Source: Candidatus Cloacimonadales bacterium
GTDB lineage: Bacteria > Cloacimonadota > Cloacimonadia > Cloacimonadales > JAFGVF01
Reading direction: 5' to 3'
Assembly: GCA_963663475.2 (NCBI GenBank)
Contig: CAXXJV010000001.1
Location: 1,344,001-1,408,000 of the forward strand
Length of the DNA: 64,000 nt
The translations under genes were made by a program, and so were the position numbers. Below are positions 63,879 through 64,000 of the stretch, piece after piece; within the stretch, counting starts at the first letter, position 1; the number at the start of each line of letters is the position of its first letter. The notes under the pieces are model-generated. The model searched no databases. It was not told where the DNA came from and saw only the letters and a program-made list of their open reading frames with translations.

Positions 63879-64000
63879 TAGAAAATTTAAGGAAAAATTT
63901 ATTAAGAATTAGATGCAGACATACAATTAATAATTTAGAATCATATTTAAAATATGCACAAGATAAAGAATTATCATATCTTAGTTTTTTATCTTATGTT
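63875..64000 (+). CDS. istB: IS21 helper ATPase IstB, 5' fragment
   Basis: ATGA overlap with istA; MIENLRKNL..L.YA...ELSYLSFL N-terminus. Confidence 0.8.
   Translation, partial: MIENLRKNLLRIRCRHTINNLESYLKYAQDKELSYLSFLSYV

Larger units (their letters stand above)
62308..64000 (+). mobile_element. IS21-family element (right part outside window)
   Basis: TGT start; tandem ATGGMAGTTTAAWCTGGTACA end repeats; istA-istB pair. Confidence 0.9.

Overview
AT-rich bacterial chromosome segment. The FlgD/T9SS-type C-terminal domain proteins suggest Cloacimonadota, which is an inference and not a search result. (1) 1-11.6 kb is a tandem array of polymorphic secreted-protein cassettes. Each full unit has a near-identical leader (promoter, possible uORF with a variable (AT)n tract, RNA hairpins), a small secreted protein with an invariant signal peptide and a Pro-rich ...DP..Q tail, a hairpin, and a ~750-aa secreted protein whose C-terminal ~100 aa are near-identical at DNA level. 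(2) 11.7-18.8 kb holds an atypical NtrC-like regulator, tsaD and a large SF1 helicase-nuclease. (3) 18917-47188 is a fully bounded transposable (Mu-like) prophage with perfect 53-bp terminal inverted repeats and a 5-bp ATTAA target duplication. It has no recognisable MuB ATPase, a PBSX/P2-style divergent head module, a MuF-toxin-like gene, and many host-type interspersed repeats at gene junctions. Its transposase is interrupted by an IS3 element. (4) 47.4-55.1 kb carries housekeeping genes (nitroreductase, recO, NFACT/RqcH, queE, amidohydrolase, etfA). (5) A 12x53-bp REP-like tandem array is followed by a 16S-23S-5S operon with no spacer tRNA and a ~250-nt intervening sequence in 23S, then an IS21 element cut by the window end. 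All family assignments come from motif recognition by eye; no database searches were run.
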